Below are positions 49,671 through 60,244 of a stretch of 64,000 nucleotides of DNA, piece after piece. The DNA lies in the NCBI GenBank assembly GCA_965215885.1, contig CBDCEW010000038.1:1-64000 (forward strand), in the 5' to 3' direction. This DNA comes from Candidatus Moanibacter sp. (GTDB lineage: Bacteria; Verrucomicrobiota; Verrucomicrobiia; Opitutales; UBA2987). A program made the position numbers and the translations under genes. The stretch's first letter is position 1. Each line of letters starts with the position of its first letter. The notes beneath the pieces were generated by a model. That model was not told the DNA's origin. It searched no databases and was given only the letters and a program-made list of their open reading frames with translations.

Positions 49671-51917
49671 TCAGAAGCGAGCCGTGATCTTTGCTTTGAT
49701 CCAGCGAGGATGGCCGCGCTGGGCAAAGCGCGCCGAAGAGATGGTTCCGAAAAACTCCTTGTCGGTGAGATTCTCTATATTCAGAGCCACCTCGTAATGC
49801 TCAGCGAACTTATAGCGGACACCGAGTTGGAACCAATCGTAGCCCGGAACCTTGAAGGCGTTGCCGCTGTCGCCCCAGCGTTCGGAGACGTGATTGTAGC
49901 CCAAGGTAATCGATAATCCCTCGAGCCCACCCTCATTGAATTCGTATTTGCCGAAAATTCCGGCCGTAAAATCGGCAATGCCTCGGAAGCCACGGCCGAC
50001 GCGCTCTGGCCTGGTGTCTTTAGAGATGACGTTGTCGAGCCACCCCAATCCGCCGAAAATCTCGAAGGAATCGGTAATCTGAAATCCGAAGTCGACGTCG
50101 TATCCATCAGAGATTACTTCACCGGTGGTCGTGAAGTTGCCGATATTAATTACGTCGGGCACGATAATGTTCGTCCGCGTGTAGTCAAAGTAGGAGAAGC
50201 TGAAGAACAAACGGTCATTCAAGACACGAAGTTTAGTTCCAATTTCGAATTGCTCCGTGGTCGGCTGGGGAAGAGGATTTCCTTGGGCGTCACTGCGTCC
50301 TGAAGCGGGCTCAAAGGTATCACTATAGCCCCCAAAGATGGTGATGTTCTCGGTGACCTTGAAGATACCCGCATAACGCGGAAAGACATCCGCGTAGGTG
50401 GTTTCGATCACACGCTCTGTAGGATTGTCGCGGTCCCCGGGAAGCCGGGTTACGGTCGTATCCTCCCAGGCGTAGCGCATCCCGGCAGTCACCACCAACC
50501 GACCGTCAAAGAACCCAATCTGGTCCTGCACGAAAACGCCGCCCACGAACGCGTCAGTCTCCGAATCACGGAGTGCGGAACGCACCTGGCCATCGGGCGG
50601 AAAGGCGCCGCTGATAGTGGTGTCATCGTCGATGTTGGGACGAGACTCCCCGTAGACCGGGGCGAAGATGTTAAAGTCCGGCGTGAGGGCGGTGCGTTTA
50701 TTTTTCCCTTTCGAATCCCTCTTGTGGGCTTGCACGCCCAAGAGGACCTTGTGACTGATGCCCCCAGTATTGACCTTACCAACGAGATTCCACTCCGTGT
50801 TGATCCCGTCTTCGTCGAGAGGAATCTCCTGAATGAAGCGCGGCCACAATTGGATCTGTGGACCTGGATTGCTGATAAAGGTCTCGATGCGGTCCTGGTT
50901 GAAGTTGGTGTAGACAGTGTGAAGCTTCATGGACCAGTTCGAGTTAAACCGGTGTTCAAAAGTGGTATCGAAAAGATGAGTCTGACCTTTGAGCTTATCG
51001 CGCGTGTCTCCACGCATACAGGTGGGCGGAAGGTCGAGGAAGATACCCCCGAACCCAAGGTGCGTTCGTCCCTGCGCCTCCGGCGGGATTTCGTCCGGAA
51101 CGGAAGGGTGCCAAGCGGGGCAGGCAAAGTTCTTGCGTCCATCATCGGCTTGCATAAAATAGCGAACGATCAGACTCGTTTTCTCGCTGAAGTTGAACTC
51201 GAGCATGGGCATGAATATCCACCTCTCGTTGAAGGCGAGGTCCTTTGCGCCGTCGCTGTCTTCCCAGGAAAAAACGAGGCGCCCGTTAATGGAGCCCTTT
51301 TCGCCCTTGTGCAACTGACGGTTGATGTCGATGCCGCCACGGTAGTGGTTGTGCTCGCCGGCTTCGAAGAAAATCTCGGTAGCAGGATCGGCGCTGGGGC
51401 GCTTGAAGACGAAGTTGATCATACCACCCAGCGATCTACTGCTGTAGAGCACGGCGGCCGCCCCCTTGATCACCTCGATGCGCTCATACGGGTACATGTC
51501 GCGCTGGCGGTCAGCGGTTCTAAAGGACAGCCCGTCGTTCTGAATGCTTGGGCTGAAACCGCGAATGAAAACGCCGTCTCTTCGATTCTCTCCGACCCCC
51601 ACGTTGCTGACATAGCGCAGGGCATCCTGCACCTGCCACGAGTTGGTGTCTTCGATAAACTCCCGGTTCAACACCTTGAGGTTGAGGGGCAGATCCATGA
51701 TGGGTGTATTAGTTTTGAGCCCGGAGATGGCACGGGCGGCGAGGTAGCCGGAATCTGACTTGGCATCGACCACGAATTCCGACAGTACCACGATTTCCTC
51801 TTCGTCGCTCTGGGCTTCCCCCTGGGAGAAGAGCTTACTCGTTTGCAGGATAAGCAAAGCAGGTACCGCAAGAAGCGATCCCGCGATTTGATATAACTTC
51901 AATGTTTTCATTGTCAT
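49671..51917 (-). CDS. TonB-dependent receptor
   Basis: Signal peptide; EEIVVLSEFVV TonB-box region; plug motifs IRGF and ERIEVIKGAAAVLY; ENLTDKEF; C-terminal Phe. Confidence 0.93.
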   Translation of the reverse strand: MTMKTLKLYQIAGSLLAVPALLILQTSKLFSQGEAQSDEEEIVVLSEFVVDAKSDSGYLAARAISGLKTNTPIMDLPLNLKVLNREFIEDTNSWQVQDALRYVSNVGVGENRRDGVFIRGFSPSIQNDGLSFRTADRQRDMYPYERIEVIKGAAAVLYSSRSLGGMINFVFKRPSADPATEIFFEAGEHNHYRGGIDINRQLHKGEKGSINGRLVFSWEDSDGAKDLAFNERWIFMPMLEFNFSEKTSLIVRYFMQADDGRKNFACPAWHPSVPDEIPPEAQGRTHLGFGGIFLDLPPTCMRGDTRDKLKGQTHLFDTTFEHRFNSNWSMKLHTVYTNFNQDRIETFISNPGPQIQLWPRFIQEIPLDEDGINTEWNLVGKVNTGGISHKVLLGVQAHKRDSKGKNKRTALTPDFNIFAPVYGESRPNIDDDTTISGAFPPDGQVRSALRDSETDAFVGGVFVQDQIGFFDGRLVVTAGMRYAWEDTTVTRLPGDRDNPTERVIETTYADVFPRYAGIFKVTENITIFGGYSDTFEPASGRSDAQGNPLPQPTTEQFEIGTKLRVLNDRLFFSFSYFDYTRTNIIVPDVINIGNFTTTGEVISDGYDVDFGFQITDSFEIFGGLGWLDNVISKDTRPERVGRGFRGIADFTAGIFGKYEFNEGGLEGLSITLGYNHVSERWGDSGNAFKVPGYDWFQLGVRYKFAEHYEVALNIENLTDKEFFGTISSARFAQRGHPRWIKAKITARF

Positions 51918-51948
51918 TTGTTTGAATGGTTAAGGTTAAATGTTTAAT

Positions 51949-51986
51949 TTATGGGTTATGGGTTATGGGTTATGGGTTATGGGTTA
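51949..51986 (+). repeat. (TTATGGG)5 heptamer tandem repeat upstream of the TBDR
   Basis: Five exact copies plus TTA, 32-69 bp upstream of the start codon. Confidence 0.95.
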
Positions 51987-52334
51987 AAATGTTAATAACA
52001 TCTAATGAAGCTCTGCGGCGCCATCGATGTGTCAAGGAAAATCTTCTCGATCGTACTGAAAAATCGAAAGCCTCTCCCGGCCGCTTCCAGGCACGCATTA
52101 GTCATTCCCGAGTACGTGCCCGGCGAGTCGCTGGCACCACCGCCGCAGGCGACGGTTGCCGCAGGGTGACGATGGGTCCTCATACCTATCAGTCGTGTAG
52201 CCGGACGCGCAAGCGTGCGGTCTTGGAGGCACGGAACTGACCAGCGACACCCAATTCCCTCTGGTCTCGCCCAAATACCACCCCTATTCCCTTTACTAAC
52301 CGCCACCGGTTCAGCTACAATAGAACCCATCTCC

Positions 52335-53423
52335 ATGGGAAATTCTGAAAAGATATGGCATACGCGTCCACTGGCGGGTGATTACGGCGAACCCGGGCTA
52401 GCGATAGAACCGCCCGTAAATCCGCGCTTTGCGCACCTCGCCTGGCCCCGGCTCACGCTGACCTCACAAGGCACAATCATTGCATCCTATATCGCGGCGC
52501 GGTTTCATGGCCAACACGGCGAAGGCAGTCCCGCGATCTCCATCTCCAAGGATCGTGGAGCCACCCTGACGCCACCACATATCATCCATGAATTCGATGC
52601 CGGTGGAGAGTATACGCACAGCGGCAATACGGCCCTCGGAGTCGCCGGCGACGGTGCCGTCATCAATTTGGCCATGGGCTTTCGCGGCGACGAAGCCCAC
52701 ACCATCCTCGGCTGGAGATCCGAAGATGAGGGAACAACCTGGGCCCCCGTCGACACATCCAAACTGGCGGATGACCGGAGTGGGTCCGTATATGGCAACA
52801 TCTTGTCTCTCCCGGACGATCGCCTCATGGTTTTCGGACACTTTCGCAGCCCGAGACCGGAGAAAGGGATCTGGGTGGCAACGTCCGAAGACAATGGCAG
52901 GTCCTGGAGTTCACCCAGGCAAATTGCCGATGCCAAACTTGTGGAGCCGGCCGCCACATTTACGGAAGGACGGATAGTCGCACTATACCGCCAAAGTAAT
53001 AAGCCTCTCCACAGTCGCACCTGGCAGGCGGTGTCCGACGATTTCGGAAAGACCTGGGAGATCAAACGGGATGGAATTGTCAGTTCGGACCCGAAAGAGT
53101 ACCGGCTTCCCTCACCGTTCGTCACCTTCGATCCGGCCAAGCCGTCCCTTCTTTATTCACTTGTTACCGAGCGTCATTTTCCCGGAAATACGCCCGGGTC
53201 GATCAGCTTGTGGAGTGCGGGTCTGCATGAACTGGAATGGAAAAAGATCGGCTTGATTACCACGCTACCGAGCGATGAGGAGAATCTCAACCGGGACTTC
53301 GGCTATCCCTGGATGGTGCCTCTCGGAGGAAACAGGTGGTTTCTGCTGTTTTATTTCGGCGAGAGTACCGGGCCCTGCGCGCTATGGTCGCTGGAGTTGG
53401 AAATTGATAATGTAGATCTGTGA
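52335..53423 (+). CDS. BNR/Asp-box sialidase-fold protein (paralog of 23641-24738)
   Basis: Collinear with and highly similar to 23641-24738. Confidence 0.85.
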   Translation: MGNSEKIWHTRPLAGDYGEPGLAIEPPVNPRFAHLAWPRLTLTSQGTIIASYIAARFHGQHGEGSPAISISKDRGATLTPPHIIHEFDAGGEYTHSGNTALGVAGDGAVINLAMGFRGDEAHTILGWRSEDEGTTWAPVDTSKLADDRSGSVYGNILSLPDDRLMVFGHFRSPRPEKGIWVATSEDNGRSWSSPRQIADAKLVEPAATFTEGRIVALYRQSNKPLHSRTWQAVSDDFGKTWEIKRDGIVSSDPKEYRLPSPFVTFDPAKPSLLYSLVTERHFPGNTPGSISLWSAGLHELEWKKIGLITTLPSDEENLNRDFGYPWMVPLGGNRWFLLFYFGESTGPCALWSLELEIDNVDL

Positions 53424-53654
53424 GTATTCACCCAAAATCTGGATTAACTCGAACTCGAATTAATCCTGCCTAACGAAGCCGCCCTGCATAAGTCCCAGGA
53501 CTCTGCGGCTTCCCTGCGGTCAGCCTGCCGAACCGTCGAACGGGCACCCAAAGAGTCACGACTGACATATGTCCAGTCCGGATCAAAGTTGACACGAATT
53601 TATGGGTTTCAAATGTCGGGTCTTAGTGATCAGGAGACCTTCAAAGGTGAGTCA

Positions 53655-53757
53655 CACTTAGTTCCTACACTTCGTCGGGAACACTTAGTCTTACCACTTA
53701 GTCCCTCGCAACAAAGCTAATCGACTAAGTGGCGGGACTAAGTGCAATCGACTAAGA
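53655..53757. repeat. Imperfect palindromic repeat of CACTTAGTC / GACTAAGTG units
   Basis: Several acttagt units followed by several gactaag units. Confidence 0.65.
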
Positions 53758-53807
53758 GTTCTGCAGTGTCGCATCGTCCCTCCTATCGGTTTTCGTGTCA
53801 ACCTATG

Positions 53808-53989
53808 CTAGCCCGGACATTTCACAGATTTCGTAGCGAGACAGCGTAGATTGCTGCATATCAGAGCCTTTCCGCAGGGCGGCGGGCGACAGCGTGTTGG
53901 AACCCTCTGAGGTCGGCGGACAAGGGAAGGCTTTGATATGTAGTGAGATCCGCGGTCGTAGTAGAAGGTCTGTGAGATGTTCGGGCTAG
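53808..53989. mobile_element. MITE-A copy
   Basis: ctagcccggacatttcaca / tgtgagatgttcgggctag; internal similarity to 22524-22714. Confidence 0.87.
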
Positions 53990-54049
53990 AACAACACATA
54001 TGGCAGTGTACCGATCCCGCTCAGCGGGAGACACCTTCCTATATGCGGG

Positions 54050-54838
54050 TTAGCTCCCTGTTGAGCGGTAGTGCCGCACCCCGAATTCCCAGATTCTGAG
54101 GGACACGGCGAGAAAGAGGACGCCCACCGCTGGCGCTATCCAGTGAAATATCGGGTCGGTTTGAGACATCCCATCTTCGCGCTCGAGAATTGCAAGCGCC
54201 GGGTAGTAGGTGACGCAGGCAAGTGGTATCACAAAGATGAAGAGTTTCTGGAACCACGGCCGGTAGATTGGAATTGGGTACTGCGCCGCTTCCGTTCCCC
54301 CATATGTGACCATATTCATCAATTCGAGGCTTTCCACCGTCCAGAACGCCATTGTCGCCTGGAGGACAAAGAGCCCGATGAAGAGGCACATGCCGCCAAA
54401 TATCGCAAATCCCATGAGCGCTCCTTTGGCCATCGTCCAGTCAACCTGCAGTGCCCCCGACGCCCAGAAGAGAACCAGGAGCCCCTGGCTCAACCGACCG
54501 ATCCTCATGAGGTGGATCTCCCGCGCCGCCACCTGCAGCACCGTGCTGCGCGGACGGGCCAGCATGCGGTCGAATTCACCCGTGCGCACGAGGTTGGGGA
54601 AATCATCAAATCCGCGGCCCACGCTCTCCGCAATGGCAAATGCCACGTTGATTATCCCGTAGAATAGCGCCACTTCCTCCAGTTGCCATCCGCCGAGATT
54701 TCGTGCGAATATCTCCGTTGCGGTGACGAAGAAATGCCCGACGGACATGAGGATAAAGGATACCCGATACTGCAACTGGCTCTGCACCGAAATCGACAGG
54801 TATCGAAGATACAGCCGAGCGCATTCTCTCCCTTTCAC
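54050..54838 (-). CDS. ABC-2 family exporter permease (ABC2_membrane_6/DUF990 type); start uncertain
   Basis: QYRVSF, GEFDRMLARP, QYPIPIY, GVRHYRSTGS. Confidence 0.85.
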   Translation of the reverse strand: MKGRECARLYLRYLSISVQSQLQYRVSFILMSVGHFFVTATEIFARNLGGWQLEEVALFYGIINVAFAIAESVGRGFDDFPNLVRTGEFDRMLARPRSTVLQVAAREIHLMRIGRLSQGLLVLFWASGALQVDWTMAKGALMGFAIFGGMCLFIGLFVLQATMAFWTVESLELMNMVTYGGTEAAQYPIPIYRPWFQKLFIFVIPLACVTYYPALAILEREDGMSQTDPIFHWIAPAVGVLFLAVSLRIWEFGVRHYRSTGS

Positions 54839-54841
54839 TCT

Positions 54842-56288
54842 GCCTCGTCAGCATTGGGACTTTCGGGTTCAGGCAAATTAGAAAGCACTTCGAAGCTCTT
54901 AAAAGCCAAGCTTTTCTGATAGTGAGATTTATATTGCGGTTAAAGCCCTCCACAATGCCGCAGGAAAAGGCCTTTTTGGCCCGAAACCAGTTGAGGATGA
55001 GCGGCTCGTGTTTGCGCACCGAGCGCACCGAACCTTTTGATCGGTTTGAGGCGCGAACAGCATGGCGCGCGTGCACCATTTTTTCAGATACCATTGGGCC
55101 CAGTAGGGACTTTTATAATGCCACAAGAGCTGAAAGCTCTCCTTTAGTAGATAGGCCCGCACGCTCTTCAGATCGTATTGGAGCACCTCCTTGAGGCGGA
55201 TCTGTTGGGTGGGGGTGAGATTTGCGGATTTTTCAAGAAACAGTATTTGCTTTTGACCAGCACGTTGATGTAGCCGTCCCGTTGCAATCGCCTGGCTTCC
55301 GCAGCACGAATCTCATTGAGGGCCTTGTTCAGGTTGGCTACCAAGTGGAAGCGATCGAGGATGTGCAGCGCCTGGGGTGCCTTTTTCTTGATCACTTTGA
55401 GGTAAGGCTTCCACAGATCCGAGCAGACGTAGAGGATCTGGCTGCTCTTTTGCGCTCCCAATTCCCAGAAAAAACGCAAGAGCGATTTTACGTTGCGCTT
55501 ATTGAATACGCCCAATAGCCGCCGCCGCCCCTCGTCAAGCTGGTAGACCACGGTGAGATAGTGATGGCCTCGATGATACTGCACCTCATCGACTCCGATC
55601 GCCTCAATCCCGCTCATATCGCGCCGTTTGAGCCCCCAACGCACCATCGCCTCGACCGACTCGAAGACGTTGCGCCAGTTCGTGCACCCTTGCCGTCTCT
55701 TCCCAGCTCAAGCGCCTCGCCCACTGGGCCAGAAACCATTGCATTGGCCAACTCAGATGACTCTTGCCCTTGGCCCAGGGCACCTCTTCGACCTTCACCC
55801 CGCACCGCCGGCAATTGACCCGCCGCATGCGGTAACGAAAATACACCTTCATCCCCCACATGCCGCACAAATTCAAAATGCCTCGCCTCGCTCATGTGGT
55901 CGTAGCCGCTGGCCGTCCGGCCACACCCCGAACAGCACACCCGACTATTCTTGCGCGGCTCAATCTGCACCACAATCGCCTCCACCGATTTCACCATTTC
56001 CATACTCGCCTTTGCGTAAACAAAGCTCTTGAGCCAATAGCACCGATTCAGTAGCGTTTTGATGAGCACTGGGTCCTCGTGTTCAGGATGTATTTTCGGT
56101 ACTACTTTCATCCTCGGAACGGCCCGGTGCTTCAACCTTTCAATCCCATATGCAAAGAAAACACCGACCAGCCCCTCCGGCTGTGGAGGAGCGGGTTTCA
56201 GGGCAGCGCCCTGACTTCTCCTTGTGCTCACCGACTCTATTTCCTCTTGTAAGCGACGTTACCCACCCACAGATTCTGCTGTAGACCC
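54842..56288 (-). mobile_element. Degenerate ISL3-family element with multiply frameshifted transposase
   Basis: Fragments CSGCG/CRRCG zinc finger, IGVDE, CSDLWKPY, LDRFH, VEGFN; end gggtctacagcagaatctgtgggt; boundaries approximate. Confidence 0.8.
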
Positions 56289-56337
56289 CAAAATTCTTTT
56301 TTACGTATCAATTCCAGAATAACAAGATGAAGGCGGT

Positions 56338-57129
56338 CTAGCCTCCCTGGATGACGAGGCGCTTTACCCCAATTCCCATCACGAGGCGCCCGACGAATAC
56401 GATTACAACCACCCAAAGAATCTGTTGTGCAATCAAAAAGGGGGCTTCCGTAACCGGCAAGTGGCCCATATACAGCCGAAAGGGAACATCGACGATGCCC
56501 CGAAACGGAAGGGCGTTGAGGATTGGCTGCGCCCAGTCCGGAAAAAGCGGCAGCGGCACAACCATACCGGAAAATATCATCACCATCCCGGGTACGAGAC
56601 GAATGATCCCCTCGCCCGATATTGTCCAGAAGAGGGACACCGTGATAAGAACCGTAAAGGCGCTGCTCAGGAGGATCGCAACTCCGACGGAGACCGCGAA
56701 TGCAACCGCCGATCCCATGGAAGGAGGAGGTTCCAAACCGAGGAATAACCCGGCCACAACGAACATCGGCAGCGCGCGGAGAAACGCCGGCGCCATGCGC
56801 ATCGCCATCGCCCGAGCATACCAGAGCCAAAACAGCTCCACCGGCCGGATCATTTCATACCCCACGTCACCCGTCCTGATCATGGCCGCGATTTCCCGGT
56901 CCATGTTCCACGGCATGAGAACGAACATGGCCTGCCCAAGCCAGATGTAGATGATGGTTTCCCGTAATGTCATCGGTTGAGGCGCGGTCGTCGAATGGTA
57001 AAAGGCGGCAAATATCATCACCCGCATCAGACCCCAGAAAAGCTGCGTTGCAAAACCGGCGAAGGCTGCCGCTCGATATTGCAGAAGTACCCGGCAGCGA
57101 GCACTGAAGATCGCCCAGTACGGCCTCAT
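56338..57129 (-). CDS. ABC-2 family exporter permease
   Basis: LQYRAAA, YIWLGQ, IRTGDV.YEMIRP, PLPLFP, IQGG C-terminus. Confidence 0.88.
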   Translation of the reverse strand: MRPYWAIFSARCRVLLQYRAAAFAGFATQLFWGLMRVMIFAAFYHSTTAPQPMTLRETIIYIWLGQAMFVLMPWNMDREIAAMIRTGDVGYEMIRPVELFWLWYARAMAMRMAPAFLRALPMFVVAGLFLGLEPPPSMGSAVAFAVSVGVAILLSSAFTVLITVSLFWTISGEGIIRLVPGMVMIFSGMVVPLPLFPDWAQPILNALPFRGIVDVPFRLYMGHLPVTEAPFLIAQQILWVVVIVFVGRLVMGIGVKRLVIQGG

Positions 57130-58109
57130 GTCTCTCCTTTTCCGTACAACTTCGCGACGATTTCCTCGATGGGAGGATTCTCCACGAACAAATCGCGGAT
57201 TACATGCCCCGCGGCGATCCTGGATATGAGTTTGTCCGCTGCAATCTCATCCGGGTCAAACCGAAGCCATACCCTGTGTCCCTCCTGACGGATTACCTCC
57301 ACGTTCTCATCGACTATGCTGTCGCCCTCATTTTCAAGGTCCACTATCAACCGGCGTTCACCCGTCACTCGGGAGCGCAACTCTTCAATCGAGCCGTCCA
57401 GATAGAGGGATCCCTCGTCGATGACAATCAGCCGGCGGCAGAGCGCCTCAATATCATCCATATCATGCGTCGTAAGGATCACCGTTACTCCGCGCTCCCG
57501 GTTGAGACGCCGGATGAAATCCCGAACCGCGAGCTTGCTCAAGGCGTCGAGCCCGATGGTCGGTTCATCGAGGAAGAGAAGCCGCGGTCCGTGCAACAAC
57601 GATGCGGCAAGGTCGCACCGCATCCGCATCCCAAGGCTTAGCTGGCGGACGGGAGTATCGAGCATCGGTTCGAGAGACAGCGCGGCAACCAGTTCGTCCC
57701 GATTCTCACGATATATCGATGGATCGATTCGGTAGATGTCGCGCAGCAGGTCGAACGAATCCATTACGGGGAGATCCCACCACAACTGCGTCCGTTGCCC
57801 GAACACCACGCCGATTTGACCGACAGTTTCCACCCTGCTCTTCCAGGGCACACGCCCCAACACGGATACGGTGCCGGCATCGGGGACCATGATTCCCGAG
57901 AGGATTTTGACCGTCGTGCTCTTCCCCGCGCCATTGGGGCCGATGTAGCCCAGCAGTTCGCCCTCTTCGAGCGAAAAGGATATCCCGTCAAGAGCCTTGA
58001 CGGTTCGGTGCTTTCGCCTCAAAACGCCCGCAAAAGCGCCCCTCAGCCCCTGGGCACGCTCGGCGATTTTGAAAGTCTTTGTGAGGTTCTCAACGGTGAT
58101 CTGCGGCAT
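57126..58109 (-). CDS. ABC exporter ATP-binding protein
   Basis: GPNGAGKST, FGQRTQLWWDL, LSLGMRMR, LFLDEPTIGLD, TTH. Confidence 0.95.
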   Translation of the reverse strand: MPQITVENLTKTFKIAERAQGLRGAFAGVLRRKHRTVKALDGISFSLEEGELLGYIGPNGAGKSTTVKILSGIMVPDAGTVSVLGRVPWKSRVETVGQIGVVFGQRTQLWWDLPVMDSFDLLRDIYRIDPSIYRENRDELVAALSLEPMLDTPVRQLSLGMRMRCDLAASLLHGPRLLFLDEPTIGLDALSKLAVRDFIRRLNRERGVTVILTTHDMDDIEALCRRLIVIDEGSLYLDGSIEELRSRVTGERRLIVDLENEGDSIVDENVEVIRQEGHRVWLRFDPDEIAADKLISRIAAGHVIRDLFVENPPIEEIVAKLYGKGET

Positions 58110-58229
58110 CGGAAGCCCTCCGTAATCCGAGATTTCCCCTACAAAAATTCATAAATATCAAAAAATTACAATTTGGTTTCGCTTTCTAGTCCGCTTTTCG
58201 TGTGAAATAGGCGGAATGATTCTCTGGTA

Positions 58230-58307
58230 GAAACAAACGTCCCCGGAGGGGCCGTTCCACCACTAAATACCTTGCTACGGGTGAATCGGGCGCTCCGCGC
58301 ACGATGA
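58230..58307. repeat. REP-like element, empty version of 18080-18239
   Basis: Collinear with 18080-18239 minus the two inserts. Confidence 0.75.
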
Positions 58308-58367
58308 CAATTCACTCAATTCGACGTCTCCGCCCGACTTGCCGGGTTGGAAAAAAAACAAGATAAT

Positions 58368-59777
58368 ATGCCTGATCAACCTAACTTCCTCCTTGTAATG
58401 ACGGATCAACAGGCGCCGCAATTCAGCGGCCCTTATGGTCATCCACTTGTTAAGACACCGAATCTCGATCGCCTTGCCGATGAAGGCCTCGTGTTCGACA
58501 ACCACTATACAAACTGTCCCATATGTGTTCCTGCGAGAATGTCTTTCATGACAGGAAGATTCTTGAAACACATCGGCATCTGGGATAATGGCGTGCCGCT
58601 TTCGGAAGACAGTGTGACCTGGGCGCACCGCCTTCGCAACGTCGGTTACAACGCCGCCCTGAGCGGCAAGATGCATTTTCGCGGCGACGATCAACTGCAC
58701 GGCTTCGAAGCACAGCTGGCCTACGACATAAACGGACGCAACCGGCCTACCCCACCCGATTGGTCAAGACTGCGGCCCGAACCGGAACAGAGACGCGACA
58801 TGAAACGCGGGCCGGGAAACTCGATCGAAATCGTGGCCGACAGAGCGGTGACCGATGCCGCTCTCAGTTACATTCGAAGCGAGGAGCGAAAGAAGAGCCC
58901 GTGGGCTCTTTCCGTCGGATACGTATGCCCACACCCTCCTTTTATCGCGCCACCACAATACTACGATGCCTACGACCCCGCCGATATTGATTTGCCGGAG
59001 GTACCCGCGGACCACTACGAGAAACAAAATCCTGCCATTCAACGAATGCGGCGGGGACGAGGATATGTCGAAACCTTACCCGAGGATGTCATTCGCGACG
59101 CCCGCCGCACCTATTACGCTCTCGTCACCTACGTCGACGATATGCTGGGTGAACTACTCCACGCGCTGGAACAAACCGGACAGATAGAGGATACCGTCAT
59201 CGTATTCTTCTCCGATCATGGAGAGATGCTCGGTGAGCACGGGATGTGGAACAAATCGAATTTCTACGAACATGCTTCCCGCGTCCCTTTGATCGTATCG
59301 AACCCCAAACGCCTTCCAAGTGGAAAACGTATTTCGCAAGTCACTTCCAACGTCGACATCGTAGCAACCATGGTCGAAATGGCCGGTGCGCACGAACCGG
59401 ACGAACCGATTTCCGATCTTGACGGCGCCAGCCTGCTTGTGCTCATGACCGAGGGTGATCCGAACTGGAAGGACGAGGCCTTTTCCGAGTACTACGCGAA
59501 CTTCTCCACCGCGCCCATGGCCATGCTGCGCAAGGGCAAATACAAACTAAACTACTACCAGGGTGACCCGCCTGAACTCTACGACCTTGAACTCGATCCG
59601 GCCGAAATGAACGACCTTGCCGATAAGCCGGAATTCGCCGAAGTGCGCGACACCACGGTTTCAGATATTCTCTCCCGGTGGGATCCTAACCATATCGAAA
59701 AGGAAATCCTTCGCAGCCAGGCAAACCGGCGCTACATCAAGCCCTACCTGTATAAATACCTGGATCAGTGGTCTTAG
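58368..59777 (+). CDS. Cys-type sulfatase, choline-sulfatase (BetC)-like
   Basis: PNFLLVMTDQ, CVPARMS, GKMHF.G.DQLHGF, PHPP, SDHGEMLGEHGMW.K. Confidence 0.88.
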   Translation: MPDQPNFLLVMTDQQAPQFSGPYGHPLVKTPNLDRLADEGLVFDNHYTNCPICVPARMSFMTGRFLKHIGIWDNGVPLSEDSVTWAHRLRNVGYNAALSGKMHFRGDDQLHGFEAQLAYDINGRNRPTPPDWSRLRPEPEQRRDMKRGPGNSIEIVADRAVTDAALSYIRSEERKKSPWALSVGYVCPHPPFIAPPQYYDAYDPADIDLPEVPADHYEKQNPAIQRMRRGRGYVETLPEDVIRDARRTYYALVTYVDDMLGELLHALEQTGQIEDTVIVFFSDHGEMLGEHGMWNKSNFYEHASRVPLIVSNPKRLPSGKRISQVTSNVDIVATMVEMAGAHEPDEPISDLDGASLLVLMTEGDPNWKDEAFSEYYANFSTAPMAMLRKGKYKLNYYQGDPPELYDLELDPAEMNDLADKPEFAEVRDTTVSDILSRWDPNHIEKEILRSQANRRYIKPYLYKYLDQWS

Positions 59778-59809
59778 GAATCTGTCGGCTGAGCTTTCGC
59801 GGGAAAATT

Positions 59810-60006
59810 CGACAAAGCTGACGACGAAGCTCGCGACGAAGATTCCCTCGCGGGGAGAGTCGCTTCTTCAAACTTGATCGCAAGCTTCGTCGTAAACTTA
59901 ATCGAAAGAGAGACCGAAAACGACAAAACTGACGACGAGGCTTACGACAAGGGTTCCCTCACGGGGAGAAAGGCTCCTTCAAACTTCATCGTAAGCCTCG
60001 TCGTAA
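59810..60006. repeat. Two tandem copies of an imperfect palindrome of GACGAAG / CTTCGTC-type units
   Basis: gacaaa.ctgacgacga.gct..cgac.ag..ttccctc.cggggaga...cttcaaactt.atcg.aagc.tcgtcgtaaa occurs twice. Confidence 0.75.
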
Positions 60007-60244
60007 ATAATCACTTGGATAAAGTCAGCAATCTAGGTGTGTTATTGGAATGCAGAGTAATCAACCACCGACATCTTCCTAGCCTCTCTGCCTGGCGGCA
60101 GAGAGAGGACCCAGTTAAATGGGCGGGACCGCCTGCTTGCTGATCACCGTGGGTCCGCCCGGCCACCACAGACCGGATCAAACCAATTTGGAAATCCGCG
60201 CATCGTCGAAGACGAAATGCTCCCGCATTCCGCTACACCATATA

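Noticed and set aside
23641..53423. Diversity-generating retroelement template/variable repeat pair
   Set aside because: Similarity spans whole genes, differences are not adenine-specific, and there is no reverse transcriptase
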